Part shown: piece after piece, positions 15,517 to 25,297 of the stretch | Position numbering within the stretch: the stretch's first letter is position 1 | How the letters are laid out: each line of letters starts with the position of its first letter | Source: a virus | Taxonomy: Duplodnaviria > Caudoviricetes | Strand: one strand, 5' to 3' | Virus record (IMG/VR): IMGVR_UViG_3300048577_000452 | Span: 1 to 28,348 of that record | DNA: 28,348 bases | Program-made: the position numbers and the translations under genes | The notes under the pieces: model-generated | What the model saw: only the letters and a program-made list of their open reading frames with translations | What the model was told of the DNA's origin: nothing | Databases searched by the model: none

Positions 15517-16464
15517 ATGGCACGGACACGGCTCTTTAGACGACTGCCAGAAGCATGGAAGCGCTACGACACGGAGCACGTGGCGGAGCGGTATCTCGGG
15601 GTTCTGGATGAAGGTCTGGACACGAGTCACGATCTGGCCCGGCAGGTGTTGGGGTTCCGGTCGATTGATGAGGTTCCGGATAGGTTCCTGCCGCTGGCAG
15701 GCGAGCTGGTTGGTCATGAGTGGCGGTCGGATAAAGATCACGATTGGAACCGCTCGCGTATCAGGGATGCGGTAAGAAGGTATTCGTATAAGGGAACGAT
15801 TGCATGTCTCGGCGACTTGATCAAGGAGCATGGCGGTAGCTGGTGGGATGTCACCGACATGGCAAGTCGTTTGTGGGTGTGGAACCGGCAGGGTCGGTTT
15901 AATCGAGACGATTCTCACTTGCTGGCTGCGGACTTCTGGCATCCCGGAGCGTTTCTGCTGCATGTGCTGGACGATATTGATTTCGAGGGGTTCCTGACGG
16001 ATTTCGAGAAGGTCCGCAAGGGCGGCGAGGTCTGGTATTTCAACCATATCTGGCGGCTACCGGATGTTGTGCAACGGCAGACGTGGGATGCGACGTATGA
16101 GGTCGAGCAGGATGCGAGTCGGGTTCAGTTCGGCAGATACAACAGAGACCTGTGGAACACGTTTCAGGGCGCTGCAAAGTGCGATCTGGAAACGAAACCT
16201 GATCTACGGCTGGAAGGTTCCACGAAGGTTTTCGGCAGATTCAATATCGATCTGTGGATGACGTTCCGGGGTGCGCTGAAAGGGCTGTATGAATTCGAGG
16301 ACACCTATCCGGCAACGCCGCACGGGAGTCTCGTGACGATGGACAGCACGATCCGCTGCGACCGAACCGATATCACCGTAGATCAAGGGGTGCCTGGTAA
16401 TCCGCTCAGTTTGGAAGCGGCATTGCTCCAGGAACCCGTTGTAATAGAAGAGGAGACAATCTGA
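15517..16464 (+). CDS. Baseplate tail protein I (P2 gpI-like)
   Basis: LFRRLPEAWKRYD...IDEVPDRFLPLAGELVG...RSRIRDAVRRYSYKGT motif; follows gpJ. Confidence 0.85.
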   Translation: MARTRLFRRLPEAWKRYDTEHVAERYLGVLDEGLDTSHDLARQVLGFRSIDEVPDRFLPLAGELVGHEWRSDKDHDWNRSRIRDAVRRYSYKGTIACLGDLIKEHGGSWWDVTDMASRLWVWNRQGRFNRDDSHLLAADFWHPGAFLLHVLDDIDFEGFLTDFEKVRKGGEVWYFNHIWRLPDVVQRQTWDATYEVEQDASRVQFGRYNRDLWNTFQGAAKCDLETKPDLRLEGSTKVFGRFNIDLWMTFRGALKGLYEFEDTYPATPHGSLVTMDSTIRCDRTDITVDQGVPGNPLSLEAALLQEPVVIEEETI

Positions 16465-17021
16465 TGTGTAGCCAAGCGGCATCGATCATGTATGAAGGAT
16501 GTATCGAGTCGGCACTCGATCTGAAGGAAAAAACGCTGTGGATCGCATTCGCAGGGATAACCACTCCATGGCCGGATAACGACAATCCGCCTACTCCGGG
16601 ACCGGGAGAAACTGACGTAACCGAGCCGCTGGTTTACGTGAAAGCTGCTGTGAAGCAGCTCGTCAAACCGGTTACGCAGGCGGCCTGGGAAGCGATTCCA
16701 GCAGATCAACGGGTGCCGCTGCCGTTGAACGGTATCTATTACGCCTATGTGGACGATGCCGATGCCTATGACGAGTATGCACGGTGGATCTACGTGCGGG
16801 GAAGCCTCAATCCTGCGGCCAGCGGTCATCCTACGGGCACGTTCCGCATGGTGCGAGTGTTGTCAGGGCTCACACCCGCTGCCGGGCATGAGGGCGCTGA
16901 ATGGCTTCTGCCTGCGAACGTTGCGGACAGAGGAAAACTGCGGTGGGGCGATAACCTCTCAGCCGTGACGGTTACCACATCGAATCTTTTCACGGTGCAC
17001 ATCCCTATAGAGTTCAGATAA
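16464..17021 (+). CDS. Putative peripheral baseplate wedge / fibre-attachment protein
   Basis: SD GAGGAG, TGATG overlap; LWIAFAGITTPWPDNDNPPTP motif seen in myophage wedge proteins; synteny. Confidence 0.65.
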   Translation: MCSQAASIMYEGCIESALDLKEKTLWIAFAGITTPWPDNDNPPTPGPGETDVTEPLVYVKAAVKQLVKPVTQAAWEAIPADQRVPLPLNGIYYAYVDDADAYDEYARWIYVRGSLNPAASGHPTGTFRMVRVLSGLTPAAGHEGAEWLLPANVADRGKLRWGDNLSAVTVTTSNLFTVHIPIEFR

Positions 17022-17031
17022 GGAGCGGATC

Positions 17032-20000
17032 ATGCCACGCAGAGTCGATTTTATGCACAATTACAATGTGAGGGCATTCGAGAATCTCGATCCGCCCGTG
17101 ATGAAGATCCCTGTTGTCGAAGGGCAAGCGGGATCTCAATCGCTCACCTATGCTGCAACCTTCGTCACGATCTGCGGTGAGACTCCGCCGAGCACGCCGG
17201 TTGTTATTACCAACGGACCGGACACGCTGAACGGCTTCGACAAGGTGAAGCTTGGCGTCGAGAGCATCCCTGCAGCAGCCAGATACGTGCGGTTCTACAA
17301 GAATACCGTTGACGGGCTGCGACTGCTCGGTGAGGTGGACCGCTCTATCGGGCAGATGTTCGATTCCGGGCAGGCTGTGTCTTCGACCGTCCCTACCAGT
17401 CAGAACACGTCAGGCCGTCCGCGGCACCTGGCGCTTGGTTTTCATTCCGGAGAGCTGGGTGGCCGCCAGGAATGGATGGATCTGCAGGCTATTTTCGACC
17501 GCGACATCAAAGCCCTGGGCGATACCATATTCAAGGACGGTGACGTGATCTCCGGATGTGCCGTGCAGTTCGTTTCAGGAACGACATGGCGTCTCACGGA
17601 AGGGTTTGTCTACCTGTACGGGATGATTCACGCGATTGACAGCGGTCTGGTGACACTCGTCGGGACCGGCAAGGAGATGGTCGGCATCAAGGTCGAAGAG
17701 GACTGGATAACGAATGTTCAAGACCCGGTTCTGAAGGCTCATGCGGATGAGGAGGTCCCTCCCGAGTATGCGCAGCATGGAGCGGATCGGCTCGTGCTGA
17801 ATTTTACCTGGGTTGTCGATCAGCCCGGGCAAATCAATGTGCGTCCGTTCCTGGACGGCCAACCGTTGCTTGAGCAGCAAACCACGGAATACAGCGAGCT
17901 GGAAAAGATGGTGAATCGCCGGTTCTACAATCTGAGCGGCGATTACAGCGTGAAACCGTTTCCTCGAAAGATGCTGCCCCACGACACCGATGCGGCAAAG
18001 ATGCAGCTCAAAATTGACGGCGGCGGGATTGCGTCGGTTACAGGCATAGAGATCGAGACCATTGCTCCGCAGTTCGTGGAGGTTCCGAAAGCTCGGGACA
18101 CAGAGTCCGTGAACAACTCACCGCTCGATCCCTACGACGCTCCGGGCGGTGCGGTGATCGGGACGGTAAGCGAACCGTTCAACGTGGACGGTCTGGCGGT
18201 CAAGGTCCGGTTCGGTAGCGGCAACTACCACACAGTGGCGCTCACGGGAAGCGGTCAAACAGCGCTGCAAGTGGCGAATCAGATCGCCAATGCGATCAAT
18301 GCCTATCCCACAAGCGGGACGCTGGTGAGCTGCACTGCTACAGGCGGGAAGCTCAAGATCCAGGGACCGGACGGGAAGTCGCTTACCGTAGCGGCAGTGG
18401 CATCCGACGCTTACAGCGTGTTAGGGATCTCGCCGGGAATCTACGAGCCAACGGGGCAGCGGATTTACCGGGTGAACGATGCGTTCGTGAAGGGTGTCAG
18501 CGATCTGTCGTATATCACGGAAGTGGTCGAGGCCGTTACCCATGATGGGACCGATCACATCGATACGATGGCCAATACGAATGTCAGCGATATCCTGGGG
18601 GCATCTTTTGCAGAGGCGGATGCTCACGACGGCAAATACGATTTCATCAAGAACGTGGATTTCGTGAAAAGCGGTAACGAGGCCGACTTTGCTGCGCTGG
18701 GCGGCGCAAATCCGGCAAACGGCCAGACCGTCTATTTCAAATACCGGTACAGCGTGAATGCGGTGAAGGGTGTTCGGGTGAGAGTGCGAGTCACGGACGC
18801 TCAGATCGTCAAAGGCGCTGAGGACGGCCAGGACACAATCATCTTCGGTAGCGGCGATGCGGTCGAGGTGAAAACAGGTAATCCTGTGACCGGCTTGTCC
18901 GGTGAAGTGGCCGACGTGATCCGCATCCTGCGGGTCAATAATTCTTCGGGTCAGTCGCAATCGCAGTACACGAACTATTCGCTGGTGAAGAACTCCGGTG
19001 CGCTGAAGCACGAGAGCAGCCGGATAGACTGGAGCGCAGCGGGCGCTCAGGGGGTGACGCCGGGCGGTCAACCGTCCACGGGATCGACCTATTATCTCAC
19101 GTTTGAATACTGGCGACATGTCACTGAAGGCGATTTCGTCACCGCTGATTCGTACCTCAACGATTACGAAGAGATCGAGTATGCGACCGGCACATCGTGG
19201 AATCTCCGGGACTGCGCAGATTTCCGCACGGTGAACGGCAAACGGCCTGTTCAGGGTGATTCTGCACGGTTCGATTACGAATTCTACCTGTCCCGCGTGG
19301 ATCGGGTCGTGCTGGGCGGTGACGGGTATTTTCAGAGAGTGGCCGGCATCCCGGCGTTGGTTCCGGTGGCACCCAAGAATCCGCAGGGTCCGCTGGCAAT
19401 ATTCCTGCTCAGGGTGCCTCCGTTCACGTATAGCCCGGCTGACGTGGTGATCCAGAACCTGGAGATACAGCGGAAGACTCAGCAGGGCATCAACGAGATG
19501 CTCGCCAAGATCGAGCGCACCGAATACTTCATAGCGCAATTTTTGTCGAAACAAGGTGCAAAGGAGAATACCGCCGCCACAGATGCAAAAGGCATTTTTG
19601 TCGATTCTCTGGTGGGCCAGAAGAACGGCGATTTTGAGTTCTCGAAAAACGGCATCGAGTTCACCGCGGCAATCGATACGTTCGAGCGGTGCATACGGCT
19701 CCCGGTGAGCGAAGACGGTCGGGTCATCTCCCTGGATGAGGCCAATTCCTCGGGATTCGCTCGGGCGGGAAAAGTGCTCATGTTCGCGTATCAACCGGAT
19801 ATCTACCTGTCGCAGTTGAAAGCGACGGGGATTATCAATGTCAATCCTCATGAGGTTTTCGGGTGGATCGGCACGCTGGAGATCGACCCGGAAGAGGATT
19901 TCTGGACGGACGTTGCGCAACTGCCTGCTGTGGACACGAACTATGACGATCAGTTGCGTGCTCTGGCGGAAATAGCAGCGGAAAACGCTCTGCGTGCACG

Positions 20001-21888
20001 GCAGGTAACCTGGGGTGCATGGCGTCTCACCTGGGATAGCGCGGGCTGGGGAGAGACAACCTTAAACGAGGAAAGTGGCTGGCACTGGGGCGAGGACAGT
20101 GTGGGGGCAAAAACCTATCCCGCCCAGGCCAATGCAGCACGGGAACGATACGGCACATATAGCTCGTTGGTGCCGGAGCGGACGCTCGTGGATCTGGGTG
20201 AGCGGGTGGTCGATTTGACCGTGCTCCCCTACATGCGGCAGATCGAGATCAACTGCGTCGCCAAGGGCTTGAAGCCGCACATCGACATTGCCGTGAGCAT
20301 AGACGGCATCCCTGCAGATTTTATCGAAACGGGCAGCACGCAACCGGGATCTGCAACCTATCGCGGCAAGTCGACGATCAGGACGTCCGGAGCCGGATCT
20401 GCAACCGGGAAATTCACCATACCCGAAGGTGTTGCGGTCGGGAAAAAAACCGTGCAGGTCTTTTCAGCGGCGAATCCGGAGGAAAGCTACGGTATCAGCA
20501 TATTCTATTCGCAGGGATTCCGGGAAACCCGTCAGCGGCAATACATGGGGATCATCTCCGCCACAGAGCGGGAAGCGACAATCACGGAGAGCGAGTTCCA
20601 CTACGGCGACCCGCTGGCTCAGACGTTTGCGGTGACCTCGGGGATCAAGTGGGTCTCGTATGTGGACCTGTATTTCCAATCCAAGGATACGGCGCTGCCG
20701 GTCACGGTGGAAATCAGGGAGACCTCAAACGGCTATCCCTCACGGCGGGTAATCCAGACCTGCACGCTGGAACCTGCGGACGTGAATGTGAGCGACGATG
20801 CCTCAGTGGCGACCCGGTTCACCTTTGCCAATCCGGTGGGATACACCGCGGGAGAGTATTGTTTTGTGGTGATCACGAATTGCGTGACCTACAAGGTGTG
20901 GTATGCCCGCCTCGGCGAAATGGATGTGCGCACCGGTCAGTTGGTCCGGCAGAACCCCACGGGCGGCGTGATGTTCACGTCACCCAACAACAGCACGTGG
21001 GAGTCGCACCCGGAATGGGATCTCACGTTTGAGATCGGCACCGCGAATTTTGAAAACAACTGCCAACTCGTGTTCGACAAGATCTCCGGCATTGAAGCGG
21101 GCATGCTCGTGTTGGCGGTGACGCAGTATCTCGGGGAGGGCTGCGATCTGCATTGGATGTATTCCCTGGATAATCGCAGCACATGGAAACCGGTTGTGGC
21201 CGGTATCGATTCCGAGCTGGGCCAAATCACCACGGAAGTGGATCTGCGGTGCGACGTTACCGGATCGGGTGGGACCTTCCAGATTTCCGAATCCGGTCTC
21301 GGCATTATCCTCCTGTTGAATGAGCCGAGCGGCTGGTATGTGGGATTTAACGGAGAACTTGCGGAACCGTGCGATAAGGTGACCATGATCGTTCCGCTGG
21401 CCGTGGACGGAACGAACGGCACGGGAACACGGTCTGCTACACCGTATTACTCTGTTGACGACGGCGAGACCCTCGTGGAGCTCAAACCCAAAGTGGGCTA
21501 TGCGCCGGTTGCGCTGGGAGACGGGACCTACAGGGAGTTCATCTTCGAAACTGCCGATGAGGCAACCATCACGGACGCATCGAACACCACGCCCATCGTG
21601 ATCACGTCGGCCGATCACGGGTGGACGAATAACACCATTGTCGAGCATACGGGGATCGGCGGGAATACAGCGGCAAACGGCACATTCAGGGTGAAAAATG
21701 CAACGGACGATACGTACGAGCTGGTCGATCCGGTGACCGGAGCGGACGTTGCCGGCAACGGAGCGTACAGTGGCGGCGGAACGGCGAAGCTGGCGGAATA
21801 CACGCAGCTCCGGACGTTTATGAACCTGGAAACGGACAACAGAGCGCTCACCCCGAAGGCGGGTGAGATCAACACCATTGCAGCGTAA
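17032..21888 (+). CDS. Large baseplate/fibre-associated virion protein (DUF4815-like, 1618 aa)
   Basis: SD AAGGAG; LGDTIFKDGDV, GADRL, SGDYSVKPF, YEFYLSRVDRV, KGIFVDSL, INVNP, DPLAQTF..VDLYFQSKD and GVMFTSPNNSTW...DLTF motifs. Confidence 0.85.
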   Translation: MPRRVDFMHNYNVRAFENLDPPVMKIPVVEGQAGSQSLTYAATFVTICGETPPSTPVVITNGPDTLNGFDKVKLGVESIPAAARYVRFYKNTVDGLRLLGEVDRSIGQMFDSGQAVSSTVPTSQNTSGRPRHLALGFHSGELGGRQEWMDLQAIFDRDIKALGDTIFKDGDVISGCAVQFVSGTTWRLTEGFVYLYGMIHAIDSGLVTLVGTGKEMVGIKVEEDWITNVQDPVLKAHADEEVPPEYAQHGADRLVLNFTWVVDQPGQINVRPFLDGQPLLEQQTTEYSELEKMVNRRFYNLSGDYSVKPFPRKMLPHDTDAAKMQLKIDGGGIASVTGIEIETIAPQFVEVPKARDTESVNNSPLDPYDAPGGAVIGTVSEPFNVDGLAVKVRFGSGNYHTVALTGSGQTALQVANQIANAINAYPTSGTLVSCTATGGKLKIQGPDGKSLTVAAVASDAYSVLGISPGIYEPTGQRIYRVNDAFVKGVSDLSYITEVVEAVTHDGTDHIDTMANTNVSDILGASFAEADAHDGKYDFIKNVDFVKSGNEADFAALGGANPANGQTVYFKYRYSVNAVKGVRVRVRVTDAQIVKGAEDGQDTIIFGSGDAVEVKTGNPVTGLSGEVADVIRILRVNNSSGQSQSQYTNYSLVKNSGALKHESSRIDWSAAGAQGVTPGGQPSTGSTYYLTFEYWRHVTEGDFVTADSYLNDYEEIEYATGTSWNLRDCADFRTVNGKRPVQGDSARFDYEFYLSRVDRVVLGGDGYFQRVAGIPALVPVAPKNPQGPLAIFLLRVPPFTYSPADVVIQNLEIQRKTQQGINEMLAKIERTEYFIAQFLSKQGAKENTAATDAKGIFVDSLVGQKNGDFEFSKNGIEFTAAIDTFERCIRLPVSEDGRVISLDEANSSGFARAGKVLMFAYQPDIYLSQLKATGIINVNPHEVFGWIGTLEIDPEEDFWTDVAQLPAVDTNYDDQLRALAEIAAENALRARQVTWGAWRLTWDSAGWGETTLNEESGWHWGEDSVGAKTYPAQANAARERYGTYSSLVPERTLVDLGERVVDLTVLPYMRQIEINCVAKGLKPHIDIAVSIDGIPADFIETGSTQPGSATYRGKSTIRTSGAGSATGKFTIPEGVAVGKKTVQVFSAANPEESYGISIFYSQGFRETRQRQYMGIISATEREATITESEFHYGDPLAQTFAVTSGIKWVSYVDLYFQSKDTALPVTVEIRETSNGYPSRRVIQTCTLEPADVNVSDDASVATRFTFANPVGYTAGEYCFVVITNCVTYKVWYARLGEMDVRTGQLVRQNPTGGVMFTSPNNSTWESHPEWDLTFEIGTANFENNCQLVFDKISGIEAGMLVLAVTQYLGEGCDLHWMYSLDNRSTWKPVVAGIDSELGQITTEVDLRCDVTGSGGTFQISESGLGIILLLNEPSGWYVGFNGELAEPCDKVTMIVPLAVDGTNGTGTRSATPYYSVDDGETLVELKPKVGYAPVALGDGTYREFIFETADEATITDASNTTPIVITSADHGWTNNTIVEHTGIGGNTAANGTFRVKNATDDTYELVDPVTGADVAGNGAYSGGGTAKLAEYTQLRTFMNLETDNRALTPKAGEINTIAA

Positions 21889-21891
21889 GGA

Positions 21892-22056
21892 AAAATCCCC
21901 CTGTATCTTAAAAAAGGGGGACTGGTAGCGGCGCACTGATGCGTCCACAGATTTCGCAGATTACGCAGAACAAAATCTGCGGCCATCGGTGTCATCTGCG
22001 GAATATTCCGATATTCTTTCATTCCTCCTTTCTAAAGGGAGGTTGGGAGGGATTTT
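21892..22056. repeat. Composite repeat cluster: family D half, degenerate GTAG REP, family B element, family D half
   Basis: AAAATCCCCCTGTATC (21892-21907) is the reverse complement of 6867-6882; GTAGCGGCGCAC at 21925; CAGAT/ATCTG element at 21944-22002; 22022-22056 is a near-exact reverse complement of 6897-6933. Confidence 0.88.
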
Positions 22057-22060
22057 AGCC

Positions 22061-22255
22061 ATGAGCATAGAGAGACGCAACCCGCAAGGGTGGACGGATA
22101 AGGGTATGAAACCGGGGTGGATGCGGCGTGTTCCGACGCCCCAGGACGGGAAGATAAAGAAGCTTGCGGCTGAAAACGAGGCCCTGCGGGCTCAGCTTGA
22201 AGAGCAGCAAGCAAGGCTGGCGCTGATTGAAGAAAAGCTGCTGACGAAGGAGTAA
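22061..22255 (+). CDS. Small coiled-coil protein (64 aa)
   Basis: ATG 22061 with GGAGG at 22046-22050; IKKLAAENEALRAQLEEQQARLALIEEKL heptads. Confidence 0.7.
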   Translation: MSIERRNPQGWTDKGMKPGWMRRVPTPQDGKIKKLAAENEALRAQLEEQQARLALIEEKLLTKE

Positions 22256-22259
22256 GGCG

Positions 22260-22517
22260 ATGGCGCTCAAGATGCCGGACAATCCGGGGCTCTGCGATGC
22301 AATGGCCCAGAAATATGGAGCCCTCGTTGGCGATGGGTTCATTTGCGTGGCGGTCTCGGGCAAGCACATCAAGATTGAGGATGTCGAGCATTCCATGATG
22401 GAGGGCTTCGAGATCACGAACTTCAATTTCCATTGCTCCGGATCTCAGCCTGCCATGCCCACAACAGATTTCTTACAAGGTCCGGTGGAGAACGACAAGA
22501 AGGGAAGGTTCGTCTGA
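22260..22517 (+). CDS. Hypothetical protein (85 aa)
   Basis: SD AAGGAG; fills the gap; TGATG overlap with the next gene. Confidence 0.65.
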   Translation: MALKMPDNPGLCDAMAQKYGALVGDGFICVAVSGKHIKIEDVEHSMMEGFEITNFNFHCSGSQPAMPTTDFLQGPVENDKKGRFV

Positions 22518-25285
22518 TGGCATGGCCTCCCGAGAATACCGACCCCACTGCTGAAATGCCGTTTTACTGCGACGGTGAATACGGTTATGAGGTTCTGCGG
22601 GTATCTCCAGAGGGCAACGTGTTCGGACAGACCCGCTGGATTGCAGAGGTGCAGCACAAGATCTGGTGGACGGGCAGCGGGTACCGGTACGTGGAATCCA
22701 CCGCGCTTCACATGACCTATGAGGAATTACCCACAGGCAGGCCGTTCGGTGAAATCCGCAAGGTCAGGGAACACATCAAGGCCACAAACGAATACATCTG
22801 GCGTGAATATTGGTATGACGCAGAGGCCGGGATCTGGAAACAGATCGCCTGGCTGTGGACCATCGAGGGACTGCAGAACATTCCCGATCCGGGCACGCAG
22901 GTGGGTGGAGCGCACGTGGTCATCGAGCGGGCCGTTCCGTTCGTGTGGACCGGTATTCGATGGGAACGGTTCAGGCATTCCATGCTGAAGGATGACGAAC
23001 CGCTGCGGCATTTGCCCGCTGGCTTCCTCCGGACGCTGAATCCGGACGCACGAGTGATCTACTATTCGCCGACGGAGATCGGTATCGAGCCGATAAAAGG
23101 CGGTTCCGGAAAGGTCCTGGTTAATCTCGAATACGTTCTTGCAACGAGAGAGGGGTCGGTAAGTCCTAACCTCGCCGTGCTGGACTGGAATGATGAGACT
23201 CGGACCATCGTGGCGCGGTATATCGAGCCCGGAACCGAATACTGGATCTATCTGGCCAATGCCGACAATGCTTTCGTGATTCAGGGCCTGCCGGGTGATG
23301 CACAGCACAATGCTGCTCCGGCGTGGGATTATCGGAATCGGCTGTTTCTCAGCACGACTCCGGATGTGAACGGGTATCTGGCCGATAGCGGCAGCGGGCA
23401 GAATGCTCGGTTGGTGGGAAAGATCGAGACGGACAACACGGCGGCTGCCGATGGCGGTCCGTATTTTCTCCGTGAGCTGGACATCAGTTTGATCAGCAGA
23501 CAGGTCAGTCTTCCCGAGACCTATCGGGAATTCTCGGATTTTGTCGTGACATTCTGGGATCAACAGACGTTGAGGCTGGAACGGCTCGACGCAACGTACG
23601 GCCAGATCTTTGCGGGCGGGAACCTGCATTTCCTCGGTGAGGGGCGGGTCCTACAGACGGACGATCCGTGGATCGAGTGGAGTGATACGGAACCGAAGCT
23701 CGTGCGGCGCACGAATGCGCTTTCGCCATCCTCTCAGTATTTCCTTTATCTATCGGGCGAAGTGGACCCGTTCAATTTCAATGCGATCAATCCGGACACG
23801 AACAGGCCGTGGCAGGCCACGGACACGGGCGCTGTCGAGTATTACGATCCGGACCTGGACCTGCGGTTGATGCTGTTTCTCAGCCCGAAAGAGCCGGATC
23901 ACGGGGTTCTTGATGAGGCGTGGCCGGGTTACTACGCGAGGCACGTCGGGCAGGTCCGGACCGATGAATACGGGAATTTCGTGAATGCCTGGGATCTGAG
24001 CGCAATCCGGCAAAAAACGCTGAACCCAAGCTGGTTTGACGGCCTGGCTGAGATCGAGCTGGTTCCCGTGGACACGACGGAATTCAGGGTGTGCAGGAAA
24101 AAGGGCAGCTCGGGGATCATCAGCGTGCGGGGCGCTGCGGTGCAGACGTTTGATTCGGAAGATCCGGACGTGCATTGGGTTACCACTGCGGACCTGGTGC
24201 AGGCTTATAATGAGGGCAATCCTTCAAATCCGTTGAGCCCATTGAATCCGATATCCTGGTATCCGGGCGAGGCACTGTATCTTTACATGGCGAATCACCG
24301 CAGCTTGTGGGGTTCTCTTCCGGACCGGACGTTCGTTTCCAATCATGCGCCCACGGGCGGGTATCTGTCACAGAATTGGCCGGGCAATAATGCTCGCTGG
24401 ATATGCACCGTAAAACCGGACGGGAATGGTGCCTTCACTGGGAAGTTCATTCCCGAGACCATTGCGGTGAGCGCTCACAGTCAGATCTTCGATGACGAGC
24501 CCGAGAAACACCGGGTGCACAATGATGTTCAGGTGACGAACCTGAATCTGTTGTCTGCCGCGGGCGTGCTGTTCGAGCTGCAGAAACAGCAGGGATTGCC
24601 GGTTCAGTTGGATTTCCAGGACGCGACACACGTGAAACTGGTACCGATCGGCGACCAGGCGACCGTGGTGATACTGCCGGATCTGACAGTGTTGAACGTG
24701 CCTGCAGCGGGGATTTCGCTTGCTGTGGCCGGGAATACGGGGACAATGTATTTCGTGTATGCGACAGCATCGGGACCTGAGTTTTCATCGGCAGCTCCAG
24801 ACAAGCATTACGCTGCGCTCGAAACGAGGGGGACCACGAAAACGCTGGTGGGATGGTTCGCATTTGCAGCGCCGAATCAGTTGCAGGGAGCCTGGAACGT
24901 CTGGAGCCATTCCCATGAGGACAGAAAATTTACGGCGACCATTACCACTGAGACAACCACGCTGAACCTGCCGGGATGCGTGGTTCCGCCAGGAAGAACG
25001 TGCGAGCTGACACGGACGGGGCAATCGTCCGCGTCGTGTGATGAAATCTGGTCTCAATATGGTTGGGAGCGGAGCATCAATATTTCCGTGGCAACCGGAT
25101 TCGGCAGGATCGCAGCGCCACAAACAACGTTTATCGGGCATGCAACGCTATCGCATGGGACCGTTCAACCGGGCATTTACAGTGAGTTCTCTCTGACGCA
25201 CAGCCTGTCTGTTGAGGGCGGCGTTGGTGGAGTTGAAACCGGCTGGCACGGAGTCTGTGGCGAGCTGATTCTGACACGCCATTAA
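22517..25285 (+). CDS. Putative tail fibre / receptor-binding protein with four internal repeats (922 aa)
   Basis: TGATG-coupled start at 22517; recurring Y.xYL and [AK][RT].[VI][GC] blocks about 500 nt apart; located in the fibre region. Confidence 0.7.
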   Translation: MAWPPENTDPTAEMPFYCDGEYGYEVLRVSPEGNVFGQTRWIAEVQHKIWWTGSGYRYVESTALHMTYEELPTGRPFGEIRKVREHIKATNEYIWREYWYDAEAGIWKQIAWLWTIEGLQNIPDPGTQVGGAHVVIERAVPFVWTGIRWERFRHSMLKDDEPLRHLPAGFLRTLNPDARVIYYSPTEIGIEPIKGGSGKVLVNLEYVLATREGSVSPNLAVLDWNDETRTIVARYIEPGTEYWIYLANADNAFVIQGLPGDAQHNAAPAWDYRNRLFLSTTPDVNGYLADSGSGQNARLVGKIETDNTAAADGGPYFLRELDISLISRQVSLPETYREFSDFVVTFWDQQTLRLERLDATYGQIFAGGNLHFLGEGRVLQTDDPWIEWSDTEPKLVRRTNALSPSSQYFLYLSGEVDPFNFNAINPDTNRPWQATDTGAVEYYDPDLDLRLMLFLSPKEPDHGVLDEAWPGYYARHVGQVRTDEYGNFVNAWDLSAIRQKTLNPSWFDGLAEIELVPVDTTEFRVCRKKGSSGIISVRGAAVQTFDSEDPDVHWVTTADLVQAYNEGNPSNPLSPLNPISWYPGEALYLYMANHRSLWGSLPDRTFVSNHAPTGGYLSQNWPGNNARWICTVKPDGNGAFTGKFIPETIAVSAHSQIFDDEPEKHRVHNDVQVTNLNLLSAAGVLFELQKQQGLPVQLDFQDATHVKLVPIGDQATVVILPDLTVLNVPAAGISLAVAGNTGTMYFVYATASGPEFSSAAPDKHYAALETRGTTKTLVGWFAFAAPNQLQGAWNVWSHSHEDRKFTATITTETTTLNLPGCVVPPGRTCELTRTGQSSASCDEIWSQYGWERSINISVATGFGRIAAPQTTFIGHATLSHGTVQPGIYSEFSLTHSLSVEGGVGGVETGWHGVCGELILTRH

Positions 25286-25297
25286 TCGGAGCACAGT

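Noticed and set aside
15518-15532. TGGCACGGACACGGC, a GG-N10-GC match
   Set aside because: Lies in the first codons of the gpI-like gene with a poor -12 element; likely chance
3711-17021. Classification as a headless eCIS/tailocin or T6SS
   Set aside because: Neck and probable head-joining genes, a TP901-type tape measure and com-dam indicate phage organisation; no Afp15-like ATPase or T6SS membrane genes seen
152-22056. CRISPR array interpretation of the palindromic repeats
   Set aside because: Copies are dispersed and divergent, without regular repeat-spacer periodicity, and no cas genes are present
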